Below, piece by piece: positions 1-7,708 of a stretch of 64,000 nucleotides of DNA. The DNA comes from Patescibacteria group bacterium. GTDB taxonomy: Bacteria; Patescibacteriota; Patescibacteriia; Magasanikbacterales; GWA2-37-8. Below the pieces are notes generated by a model that saw nothing but the letters and a program-made list of their open reading frames with translations, ran no database searches and was not told the origin of the DNA. The stretch's first letter is position 1. The number at the start of each line of letters is the position of its first letter. Location: positions 576,907-640,906 of the forward strand of contig JBAZUP010000001.1 in NCBI GenBank assembly GCA_041661385.1, read 5' to 3'. The translations under genes and the position numbers were made by a program.

Positions 1-819
1 AGAAAATCCGATCTTGTGAGGAGCGATACCAAAAAAATCATAAAAACTACTGCTCGCAATTTTTGCAATTTTAATTGCTCGCCACTGAAGTAAGTACGGT
101 GCCATAAGGTGGCGGTGTTCGTAATCCGAAGCGCCGAATAAATAAGTAGTCGTATCACCAAAACTGATCAAGACCAGAACCGCAATTGGTTTTCCGTCCA
201 ACATCGCCGTCAGCTGTTTTACGCTCGGTGATTTTAAAATTTCTTCATAATGACGCTTGTCATGCAAGCGGAATCCGTCGCGTTTTCTGGTTTCATTAAT
301 TAGTTGCCAAAAAAATTCAAAATTTTTATCTTCAGAAATGAGAATATTCTTTTTTTCCGCGAGCCGCACATTATATCTGGTTTTTGAATGCATTTTTTCC
401 AGCAATTCTTGCTCGGTCTGCTTTAATTCCAAAATTGTCGTAGCGCGCGGGTTAATATCAATCGTTTTTTTATAAACGCTTTTATCTTCAATGCCGTTTT
501 TGCAGCATGGTTCAAATCTCAAAAAAGAAATACCCTTTTGTTTAAAATATTTTTCTAAGGCCGTAAACACTTCAACAAACCCTGCTTTTACAATTGGCCC
601 CTTTGGACAAAAAAAGTATTCAAATCCAAGTGCTTCATTAAAAATAAACTGGCCGGCACCGCAAACCTTTCCCCCTTCAATAAATTGCAGCCGTTCAATC
701 TTTTTTTCTTCAGAAATTAATATTTCTCCCCAACTCCAGCTTTGGGTAAAAGAACATTGAGACTGGTTTTTCAACCATCCATCCCATTCCGCTTGATTTG
801 TGACAACTTTTATTTCCAT
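1..819 (-). CDS. FemAB-family peptidoglycan interpeptide aminoacyltransferase (N-terminal about 273 aa; C-terminus beyond the window edge)
   Basis: Hand translation of the minus strand from the ATG at 819-817 runs open to position 1 (MEIKVVTNQAEWDGWL...YNVRLAEKK...LLQWRAIKIAK...YDFFGI), which is a FemAB/GNAT-fold signature. It is missing from the ORF track because it lacks an in-window stop. Confidence 0.6.
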   Translation of the reverse strand, partial: MEIKVVTNQAEWDGWLKNQSQCSFTQSWSWGEILISEEKKIERLQFIEGGKVCGAGQFIFNEALGFEYFFCPKGPIVKAGFVEVFTALEKYFKQKGISFLRFEPCCKNGIEDKSVYKKTIDINPRATTILELKQTEQELLEKMHSKTRYNVRLAEKKNILISEDKNFEFFWQLINETRKRDGFRLHDKRHYEEILKSPSVKQLTAMLDGKPIAVLVLISFGDTTTYLFGASDYEHRHLMAPYLLQWRAIKIAKIASSSFYDFFGIAPHKIGFS

Positions 820-822
820 GTT

Positions 823-1509
823 CTAGTTTACCGCTAAATAACTTGCTACCGTGGCAGCGGTTTCGGATCGCAAAACAGTTTTTCCAAGCGACATCGTTTC
901 ACAACCGGCTTTTTTTGCTTCTTCACGCTCACCTTCACTCCAACCACCCTCCGGTCCAACAAATAAAATTATCGAATCACTTTTTTTTGAAGTGCCAAAA
1001 CTTTTTCCTCCCATATCAAAAAAATATTTATTTTTTTCTTTGGAATTTGCCAATACATCCATAAATTCCTCCGGTTCACGAATCACCGGCACACTGCGTC
1101 GCCCGCACTGCTCGGCTGCCTCCTCGCTAATTTTTTGCAAACGATGAATTTGAACTCCAAATTTAATTGAGTGCTGAGTATGAAGAGGTATAATTTCGGT
1201 AACTCCGATTTCAGTCGCCTTTTGAACTATCCATTCAAAATTATCTCTTTTAACAATCGCAGCTGCGAGGATCACTTTTTTGGCCTCTGTTTCATTTTTT
1301 TCTTTTTCCAGCACAACAAAAAATACTTTATTGGGAGTAATTTCACTTATTAAAACCTTAGCTTCTTCACCAGTTTTATTAAATAATTCAACTTGTTCGC
1401 CCTTCTGTAAACGAAGAACTTTGGTCATTTGATGAACGATTTCATGGTCATTAAGCACCCCATCGGCGGCAGTCAGTGGAAAATCTATCAAAAAGCGGTG
1501 AATTCGCAT
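823..1509 (-). CDS. rsmE: 16S rRNA (uracil1498-N3)-methyltransferase RsmE
   Basis: 228 aa with an N-terminal PUA-like region and a C-terminal GPEGGW motif, consistent with the RsmE family. Confidence 0.75.
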   Translation of the reverse strand: MRIHRFLIDFPLTAADGVLNDHEIVHQMTKVLRLQKGEQVELFNKTGEEAKVLISEITPNKVFFVVLEKEKNETEAKKVILAAAIVKRDNFEWIVQKATEIGVTEIIPLHTQHSIKFGVQIHRLQKISEEAAEQCGRRSVPVIREPEEFMDVLANSKEKNKYFFDMGGKSFGTSKKSDSIILFVGPEGGWSEGEREEAKKAGCETMSLGKTVLRSETAATVASYLAVN

Positions 1510-1553
1510 ATTTATAGCTTAAAACACCTCTATTTTACCATTCCCGGCACCGA

Positions 1554-1582
1554 TTGACAAGAATCGGTTTTTAATGTAGAAT
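1554..1582 (+). promoter_or_regulatory. Sigma70-type promoter (TTGACA, 17-nt spacer, TAGAAT) for rpmF-nusB-rnc
   Basis: Reading 'ttgacaagaatcggtttttaatgtagaat' directly, about 50 nt upstream of the rpmF start. Confidence 0.5.
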
Positions 1583-1633
1583 ATTAAAACTTTCGGTAAT
1601 TTCATTACCTTTTTATACATAAATAACACCAAT

Positions 1634-1834
1634 ATGGGTCTTCCAGGACACCGTCGCACATCGGGCGACAAACGCCGCCGTCTCACTCACATCGCTCTCA
1701 CCGAACAAACCATTGGCAAATGCCCAAAATGTGAGAAGCCAATTTTACCGCATCGCGCTTGCGCTTTTTGTGGTACTTATCGTGGCCGCCAGGTTTTGAA
1801 AGTAGACAAAAGACTATCTAAGAAATCAAAGTAA
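1634..1834 (+). CDS. rpmF: 50S ribosomal protein L32
   Basis: 66 aa with a basic N-terminus and the CPKCxxxxxxHRACxxCG zinc-ribbon typical of bL32. Confidence 0.8.
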   Translation: MGLPGHRRTSGDKRRRLTHIALTEQTIGKCPKCEKPILPHRACAFCGTYRGRQVLKVDKRLSKKSK

Positions 1835-1839
1835 GCATT

Positions 1840-2277
1840 ATGGCGAATAGGCATCTCGCCCGTTCCATAGCCATGCAATCGCTCTTTGAGTGGGATTTCA
1901 AAGGAAACCCCACTGCGATTTTGCCTGCCATTGTGGACCACAATTTAGAAGAATTTGGACCCGGTCTTGAAGAACGGGAATTTGCGAAAAGCATTGTTGA
2001 CGGAGTTATTGATCACCTTGCCGAAATAGATAAACTTGTTTCCAAATTCGCTCCGAGCTGGCCAATCTCCCAGATTACTTTGGTTGACCGTAATATTTTG
2101 CGAATTGGAGTATTCGAACTTAAATTTGATAAAAACATTCCTCCCAAAGTCGCTATTAATGAAGCGATTGAACTGGCAAAAAGTTTTGGCGGTTCAGCTT
2201 CCGGTAAATTTGTTAATGGCGTACTCGGCTCCATGTTCAATGAGATGCAAAAAGAAAATCCTGAAGAAATAAAATAA
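1840..2277 (+). CDS. nusB: Transcription antitermination factor NusB
   Basis: 145 aa; the ARxxAxQxLF N-terminus and overall NusB fold signature are present. Confidence 0.8.
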   Translation: MANRHLARSIAMQSLFEWDFKGNPTAILPAIVDHNLEEFGPGLEEREFAKSIVDGVIDHLAEIDKLVSKFAPSWPISQITLVDRNILRIGVFELKFDKNIPPKVAINEAIELAKSFGGSASGKFVNGVLGSMFNEMQKENPEEIK

Positions 2278-2279
2278 TT

Positions 2280-3047
2280 ATGCCCGTAATCGAACTTCCT
2301 GAAGTTAAAGAAAAGAATTTTTCCAAATTGGAAAAGGATTTTGGCATTACTTTTAAAAACAAAGATTTGCTCGTGCAAGCATTCATTCATCGCTCTTACC
2401 TCAACGAGCACCACGACTTTCCGCTTCCTCACAATGAACGCCTTGAATTTCTTGGTGATGCCGTACTTGAATTGATTGTTACAGAATTTCTTTTTGAACA
2501 ATACGGTAACCCAGAAGGCGAACTCACCAACTGGCGCGCCGCTCTTGTAAACGCCAAAACTCTGGCTTCAATTGCTTATGAGCTTGGCCTTGAACCGTAT
2601 CTTTTTCTAAGCCACGGCGAAGCCAAAGACACTGGAACCAAAGCGCGCGACTATATCATGGCGAATACCATTGAAGCTTTTCTCGGTTCAATTTATCTTG
2701 ATCAGGGCTATACCATAGCTAAACAATTTATCACTCGCTGGGTAATAGTTAAATTACCGGAAATTTTAGAAAACGGTTTGTATTTGGATGCAAAAAGCCG
2801 CCTTCAAGAATCTTCACAAGAATTACTTGGCATAACTCCAACCTATAAAGTTCTGCATGAAGAAGGACCTGATCACAACAAAACTTTTCGAGTCGGGGTT
2901 TATTTTGAAAAAGAATTGATTGCGACCGGTGAAGGAACAAGCAAACAAGAAGCCCAAACTGATGCCGCGGAACAGGCAGTTAAAATAAAAGGATGGAAGG
3001 GTCCGAAAATTTCTATTATAAAAAGAAATAACGGTGATCCGTTATAA
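2280..3047 (+). CDS. rnc: Ribonuclease III
   Basis: The ERLEFLGDAVLELIVTEFLF catalytic signature is present, with a C-terminal dsRBD. Confidence 0.9.
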   Translation: MPVIELPEVKEKNFSKLEKDFGITFKNKDLLVQAFIHRSYLNEHHDFPLPHNERLEFLGDAVLELIVTEFLFEQYGNPEGELTNWRAALVNAKTLASIAYELGLEPYLFLSHGEAKDTGTKARDYIMANTIEAFLGSIYLDQGYTIAKQFITRWVIVKLPEILENGLYLDAKSRLQESSQELLGITPTYKVLHEEGPDHNKTFRVGVYFEKELIATGEGTSKQEAQTDAAEQAVKIKGWKGPKISIIKRNNGDPL

Positions 3048-3052
3048 AAAAC

Positions 3053-3125
3053 GGGTCGGTAGCTCAGCTGGTAGAGCAGAGGCCTCTTAAGCCTAAGGTC
3101 CCGGGTTCGATCCCCGGCCGACCCA
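3053..3125 (+). tRNA. tRNA-Lys (anticodon CTT)
   Basis: Cloverleaf: acceptor GGGTCGG/CCGACCC, T-arm CCGGG-TTCGATC-CCCGG, anticodon loop CTCTTAA. Confidence 0.8.
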
Positions 3126-3169
3126 CATAAAAGAAAACTCCACGTAAGTGGGGTTTTTCTTTTATGTAG

Positions 3170-3400
3170 TTTGTCTGGGAGCGAACAGAAGATGGAAAGA
3201 AACGGAGTTTCTTTCTTGCTGAGGAAAGCCCACGAAAACCCGAAGGTTTTCGTGAAGCGAACGAAGTGAGCGCGTGAGATCCCCAACGACCCACATATAT
3301 GGAAACCCTTTTGTGGGAGGACGAGCGAAGCGAGGACGACGGAGATCCCCGACTCACTCGTGAGATCCCCAATTACAAACATAGCAGATCACATATATTC
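3170..3400 (+). repeat. tRNA-linked conserved element, copy A (about 110-nt structured core plus duplicated tRNA-Lys 3' end and extra GAGATCCCC repeats)
   Basis: The core 'gatggaaagaaac...cccacgaaaacccgaaggttttcgtg...gtgagcgcgtgagatcc' is about 90% identical to copy B at 5861-5965. It is followed by 'gatccccaacgacccacata', a near-copy of the tRNA-Lys T-loop-to-3' end. Confidence 0.7.
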
Positions 3401-3445
3401 TTTTATCCTCTTTTCTCTGTTATAATATCCATTGCAAAGATACAT

Positions 3446-4537
3446 ATGAATAATTATAAAAATAAAATTTCAATTCTCGCTACGTTTATTGTTTTGCTTT
3501 CGTTCGGAAACAATGTAGCGGCAAAAACAATCATTAACCCCGCACCCAAAAAAATTACCAAAGAATTCGTCCGAATTTTTTATTGTCAAAACGGAAAAAA
3601 AGCCAGTGACTCACTCGCAAAAAATTATCGCTCGGTCGATATTATCGCCCCTCAGGCCTATTCAATCACTGCAACCGGCACCCTCATTGGCGGAGTTGAC
3701 CCTAAAATCACTGCCATAGCGACAAAACGCAAAATAAAAATAATGCCGCTTATCGTTAACAAAGGTTTTAGTAGCCGCGCCGCTGCAGATTTTTTTGATG
3801 ATATAGAACACCAACAGTCGGCTGTGAACGCCATGGTGGATGAGGGAATAAAAAATTCTTATTGGGGCTGGCAAGTAGATTTTGAACAAGTAAATATTTC
3901 TTATCAAAAACAATTTTCAGATTTTGTCGCAATACTCGGAGATGCATTGCATAAAAACGGCATGACGGTCAGCGTTGCGGTAATTGCTCAGACCTCTACT
4001 GAACCAACCGACTATAAAGGTGACTATTGGAATAAGTTCATCGGCGTTTATGATTACGCCGCGCTTGCCTCCAGTTCAGATTTCATTAGTCTAATGTCCT
4101 ACGATGACCCGGGTTCGACCGGCCCCGCAACCAGGTACACCTGGCTCAAACAAGTTTTAAATTTTTCTCTCAAATATATTCCTCCAGAAAAAATATCTAT
4201 TGGCATACCATTATACTACTGGCGATGGAATGATTCGACCGGCAAAAGAGTCGGTACTGGTACTTACACGCAGTTATTACAAAAAATGAATCAGTATAAT
4301 ATGAAACGCGGTTATGACCCGAAAGAAGCCGCCTCATATATGCGTTACCGTAGTAATAAAATGACTTACACGATTTGGTATGAAAATAGCAAAAGCGTCG
4401 CAAAAAAAATTGATTTAATCAAAGAAAATGGTTTGCATGGTTTTTCAGCGTGGGCACTTGGGCAAGAAGTGCCAAATTTTCACGAAGCGATTTTTTCAAA
4501 TAAATATTTGGTTGATCGCTCATTGGTGATGCGATAA
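3446..4537 (+). CDS. Secreted glycoside hydrolase family 18-like protein (start at the internal ATG before the signal peptide)
   Basis: Signal peptide MNNYKNKISILATFIVLLSF. A WGWQVDFE motif resembles the GH18 DxxDxDxE catalytic motif. The ORF-track start at 3299 is upstream of the signal peptide and unlikely. Confidence 0.55.
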   Translation: MNNYKNKISILATFIVLLSFGNNVAAKTIINPAPKKITKEFVRIFYCQNGKKASDSLAKNYRSVDIIAPQAYSITATGTLIGGVDPKITAIATKRKIKIMPLIVNKGFSSRAAADFFDDIEHQQSAVNAMVDEGIKNSYWGWQVDFEQVNISYQKQFSDFVAILGDALHKNGMTVSVAVIAQTSTEPTDYKGDYWNKFIGVYDYAALASSSDFISLMSYDDPGSTGPATRYTWLKQVLNFSLKYIPPEKISIGIPLYYWRWNDSTGKRVGTGTYTQLLQKMNQYNMKRGYDPKEAASYMRYRSNKMTYTIWYENSKSVAKKIDLIKENGLHGFSAWALGQEVPNFHEAIFSNKYLVDRSLVMR

Positions 4538-4593
4538 AAAATCACTAGTCTTAACTACTTGCGCGATATTTCTTTATACTGATCCTATTTAGA

Positions 4594-4628
4594 AATAAAA
4601 AAATACAACCTACATGAGGTTGTATTTT
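4594..4628. terminator. Bidirectional rho-independent terminator
   Basis: Hairpin 'aaaaatacaacctacatgaggttgtatttttt' flanked by A/T runs. Confidence 0.6.
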
Positions 4629-4745
4629 TTCAGGTCTCCATCATTATATCCGCAAAATATTGTGAACATAATGATAGTGTGGAGACCTGACAGTACGGTC
4701 TCCACACTTTTTTAGCGTGTGAAGCTATACTGCTAGGCTACTGCC

Positions 4746-5519
4746 CTAGTGACAGCCGAAACAGGCTGACTTGAAGGCCGGGCTCACGTCGATCACGCCG
4801 TTGCCGTGCAGAGACGGAACGGTGCTGGTCAAAACGCCCGTGCAGTAGGTGTAAGGAGCGCAACTGGTGACGAGGCCACCCGAGGTATTCACGAAGCTCG
4901 GATAGCCGCCGGAGACGTAGGCGCCGGTCACGCCAGGGTGACAGAGCTGGCAAGCGTTTCCGTTCGGAGTGAACGGGAAAGCATGCCGGCCGCTGTGCCA
5001 CGCGGGGATGGTACCATCGGCGAGCCTCGCCGGGATGCTGTGACAGGCCGAGCAGGTTGCAGAGCCGGTCGCGTACCACGAAGGCGAAACACCGCCAGAA
5101 GGACCGCCGTAAGCGACGGTATTCTGCACGGGCTCGCCGTCACCACCCTGCATCCAGTAGGAGAAGGTCCCCGCAGGAATGCTGTGGCAGCCCACGTTGG
5201 AGCAGGTCTTGTCGACCGCGTTGAACGTCGGCCGAGGCAGGCTCGGGTTGTAGGCGGTGCTGGTCGAATCGAAGACGAGACGGCCGGCGACCTTGTGGCA
5301 GACGGAGCAGCTGTACCGATCGTGCTTCTGGTGCGCGCCAGTGGGCAGGCACCCCGGATCGCCGTCGAAACAGTCGGCGTGATCGGCCATGAGGGCCTGG
5401 GGGCCGGCGATCGTCGCCGGAGTCGCAGAAGACGCCTCTTCCGCCGGGGCAGTCGCATCGACACCGCAGGCAGACAGCAGGAGCAATGCCATGAGTCCAA
5501 GCGCAGAAAGGAACTTCAT
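4746..5519 (-). CDS. Putative multiheme c-type cytochrome lipoprotein in a compositionally foreign island (about 65% GC)
   Basis: Lipoprotein signal MKFLSALGLMALLLLSAC. Motifs CSVCH, CSACH, CQLCH and CFGCH plus CSNVGCH are present. GC content is far above the flanks. Confidence 0.5.
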   Translation of the reverse strand: MKFLSALGLMALLLLSACGVDATAPAEEASSATPATIAGPQALMADHADCFDGDPGCLPTGAHQKHDRYSCSVCHKVAGRLVFDSTSTAYNPSLPRPTFNAVDKTCSNVGCHSIPAGTFSYWMQGGDGEPVQNTVAYGGPSGGVSPSWYATGSATCSACHSIPARLADGTIPAWHSGRHAFPFTPNGNACQLCHPGVTGAYVSGGYPSFVNTSGGLVTSCAPYTYCTGVLTSTVPSLHGNGVIDVSPAFKSACFGCH

Positions 5520-5524
5520 TCGAA

Positions 5525-5597
5525 CCTCCCAAAAGCGTGTACTTCAACCACCATGGTTGAAGCCGAGCATTATATCATTTTTAGGCCATTTTGTCAA
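5525..5597 (-). promoter_or_regulatory. Perfect consensus sigma70 promoter, palindromic operator and SD for the GC-rich gene
   Basis: On the minus strand: TTGACA (5597-5592), 17 nt, TATAAT (5574-5569), palindrome cttcaaccatggtggttgaag (5562-5542), GGGAGG (5530-5525), ATG at 5519. Confidence 0.55.
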
Positions 5598-5750
5598 TAG
5601 TTTCAAAAAAAGGCCACCTAATGCTATAATCTTGATTTTTCTCTTAAAACATGATAAAGTTGGCATATTCACCGCCCCTATTTTCAAGTGAAATGAGCGA
5701 AATGAATTTATTCATTTCCGAATGAACGAAGAAAATACGGCAGCGCAGCT

Positions 5751-5822
5751 GCCCCTATATTTCAATGGATAGAATAACAGGCTTCGAACCTGTAGATGGG
5801 AGTTCGATCCTCTCTGGGGGCA
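5751..5822 (+). tRNA. tRNA-Arg (anticodon TCG)
   Basis: Acceptor GCCCCTA/TGGGGGC, anticodon stem ACAGG/CCTGT with loop CTTCGAA, T-arm GGGAG-TTCGATC-CTCTC. Confidence 0.75.
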
Positions 5823-5860
5823 CAAAATAAAACTGACCTTTGTGGTCTGTTTTATTTTAT

Positions 5861-6022
5861 CTTGAGGATTGAACTGAAGATGGAAAGAAACGAAGTCTCT
5901 TTCTTGTTGAGGAAAGCCCACGAAAACCCGAAGGTCTTCGTGAAAGCGAACACAGTGAGCGCGTGAGATCCTCTCTGGGGGCACAAAATAAAACTGATCT
6001 TAATGGTCAGTTTTATTTTATT
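5861..6022 (+). repeat. tRNA-linked conserved element, copy B (core plus exact duplicate of tRNA-Arg T-stem 3' strand, acceptor 3' strand and trailer hairpin)
   Basis: 'gatcctctctgggggcacaaaataaaactga' at 5966-5996 repeats the tRNA 3' end and terminator seen at 5805-5838. The core is homologous to copies A and C. Confidence 0.75.
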
Positions 6023-6202
6023 CATATTTGGTAAATTGAGATTAAAAAAATGAAATTTTTTTGAAATATTTCATTAAAAATATTTTTTTATCTCCTTTCA
6101 TCAACAACTAATGATGCTGTGCATAACTTTACCTCTTACTATTTCAATATTTCGTCATTACATATATAATATTATCGAGGTCGAAAACTTTTACATCGAT
6201 GC

Positions 6203-6280
6203 TTGTCATGTAAAATTTTCTCTAATAATATTTCGCGTTAGCGAATTACAATTGTATCCGCTCGGATACAAATGAAGGGA
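6203..6280 (+). promoter_or_regulatory. Promoter (TTGTCA, 17 nt, TAATAT) plus 9-bp inverted-repeat operator (ttgtatccg ctc ggatacaa)
   Basis: Read directly upstream of the small ORF at 6293. The palindrome lies between the promoter and the RBS. Confidence 0.4.
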
Positions 6281-6292
6281 GGTGCCAACCAT

Positions 6293-6379
6293 ATGGCCAA
6301 AAAGAAAAAGAAGGTAGTAAAGCGTAAGAAAGTAGTCGCCAAGAAAAAGAAAAAAGGCGGCAAAAAGAAAAAACGTTAA
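6293..6379 (+). CDS. 28-aa lysine-rich peptide (MAKKKKKVVKRKKVVAKKKKKGGKKKKR)
   Basis: GGGAGG RBS 8 nt upstream, and a rho-independent terminator 'aaaaaatctcctgcaagggagatttttt' immediately after. It is too short for the ORF track. Confidence 0.5.
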   Translation: MAKKKKKVVKRKKVVAKKKKKGGKKKKR

Positions 6380-6427
6380 ATGAAAAAATCTCCTGCAAGG
6401 GAGATTTTTTATTATTGAAATATTACT

Positions 6428-7708
6428 TTAGTTGGTTTTTCTAACCTTTTTACCATTTTCGAGTACGCTAATCTTCCCATAAACTCCATCATACCCCGGA
6501 GTAACATTAACTAGGCCAGAACGCATATTTTTAATGCCTAAAGTAATGTTTTTATCACTTACAATTTTATCAATTTTAGCTAAATCTTCATAAAGTAAAA
6601 CCGAAAATTCGCTACCGAGCTTAAGCAACATATTTCGGTATTCGAGTTCAACTTTTTTACTGGCTTTGCCAACTTCAAACGCGTTGGCAATAATTTCACG
6701 AAGCGGAACAATATATCGATGTGAAATAAACTTGCCCAAAATTTTATTTTCTGACCGATCGGCAAGTTTTTCTATCCGATTTAGAACCCCGACGGTAAGT
6801 TTCTTTTTGCAAACCGGACAAATTTCTTTACAATGAATTGTTTCAGACGGTTTGAGTGATACGTTGCAGGTCTTATGACCATCATGATAATACATCCCCT
6901 CTTCGGGATAAAATTCTATTGTATAAAGAAATTGTTTTTTATCGCCGGATCTAATTTTTTTCCAAAGTGAGTCGTAAGAAACTTCATTTTCATTTTTAAA
7001 AGCGATAACATTTGCCTCTCGGCCTAAATTTTGTAAACTGTGCGCATCTGAATTTGATACTAGGGCAATTTTATCCAGCTTACTAATTCGGCGGTTCATG
7101 GTCGGATCACTAGATAATCCGGTTTCAATAGCAAAAATATTTGGCGTTAATTCTTCAAAACATTCCTCAAGAGAATCATACCCGGATTTTGATCCGAAAA
7201 CTGCATACCATGGCGTCCAAGCATGAGCGGGAATTACTACTATTCTTTTATCAATACCAAGACAAATTTCAACAATGTTTTTTGCGGTAAGTCCCATCAT
7301 CGGCCGCCCGTCAGAACGCAAATTTACCCCATGTTCTTCAAGCTTTTTGTTAAATCTTTCAGCAATTTCTAAGCTGGGCACAAAAATTAAAAGGTGTATT
7401 CGCCTTACCTTATCGCGGTGTTTATAAATACAAGATATTTCTGTGCCAATAATAAATTTAGTTCTACTTTCACTATTTTTTAAACTCAGTAATCCACCCC
7501 CATCTTCCTTTAGCTCTTTTTTTATCAATGAAAACCAACCCGGATGAGTAAAATCCCCGGTCGAAACAATATTGATTCCTTTTTCCTCACATACCTTCGC
7601 TATCTTTGGCAATTCTAAATCTTTAGAACAAGCCCGAGCAAACTTCGAATGTATATGAAGATCAATGATTTTTTCAATCATGCTATGTTTCTTTAACTGA
7701 CTTTGCAA
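6428..7708 (-). CDS. PHP-domain protein, endonuclease Q-like (TIGR00375-type)
   Basis: N-terminal DLHIHS PHP motif, internal CPVCKKK zinc-finger, C-terminal GYDGVYG. Confidence 0.45.
   Translation of the reverse strand: MQSQLKKHSMIEKIIDLHIHSKFARACSKDLELPKIAKVCEEKGINIVSTGDFTHPGWFSLIKKELKEDGGGLLSLKNSESRTKFIIGTEISCIYKHRDKVRRIHLLIFVPSLEIAERFNKKLEEHGVNLRSDGRPMMGLTAKNIVEICLGIDKRIVVIPAHAWTPWYAVFGSKSGYDSLEECFEELTPNIFAIETGLSSDPTMNRRISKLDKIALVSNSDAHSLQNLGREANVIAFKNENEVSYDSLWKKIRSGDKKQFLYTIEFYPEEGMYYHDGHKTCNVSLKPSETIHCKEICPVCKKKLTVGVLNRIEKLADRSENKILGKFISHRYIVPLREIIANAFEVGKASKKVELEYRNMLLKLGSEFSVLLYEDLAKIDKIVSDKNITLGIKNMRSGLVNVTPGYDGVYGKISVLENGKKVRKTN

Noticed and set aside
257-760. Plus-strand ORFs 257-475 and 491-760
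   Set aside because: They are antisense to a continuous minus-strand FemAB-family reading frame (819 to 1) with clear family motifs. Their own translations are low-complexity.
3299-3445. N-terminal 49-codon extension of the GH18 ORF (METLLWEDERSEDDGD...)
   Set aside because: It lies over the tRNA-linked element and its junction repeats and precedes an obvious signal-peptide start (MNNYKNK...). The start was reassigned to 3446.
4806-5600. 264-aa plus-strand ORF (Arg/Gly/Ala-rich) and nested minus-frame ORFs 4738-5079, 4928-5500 and 5140-5547
   Set aside because: These are typical spurious long ORFs of high-GC DNA. The overlapping minus-strand frame 4746-5519 has a signal peptide, heme motifs, RBS and promoter.
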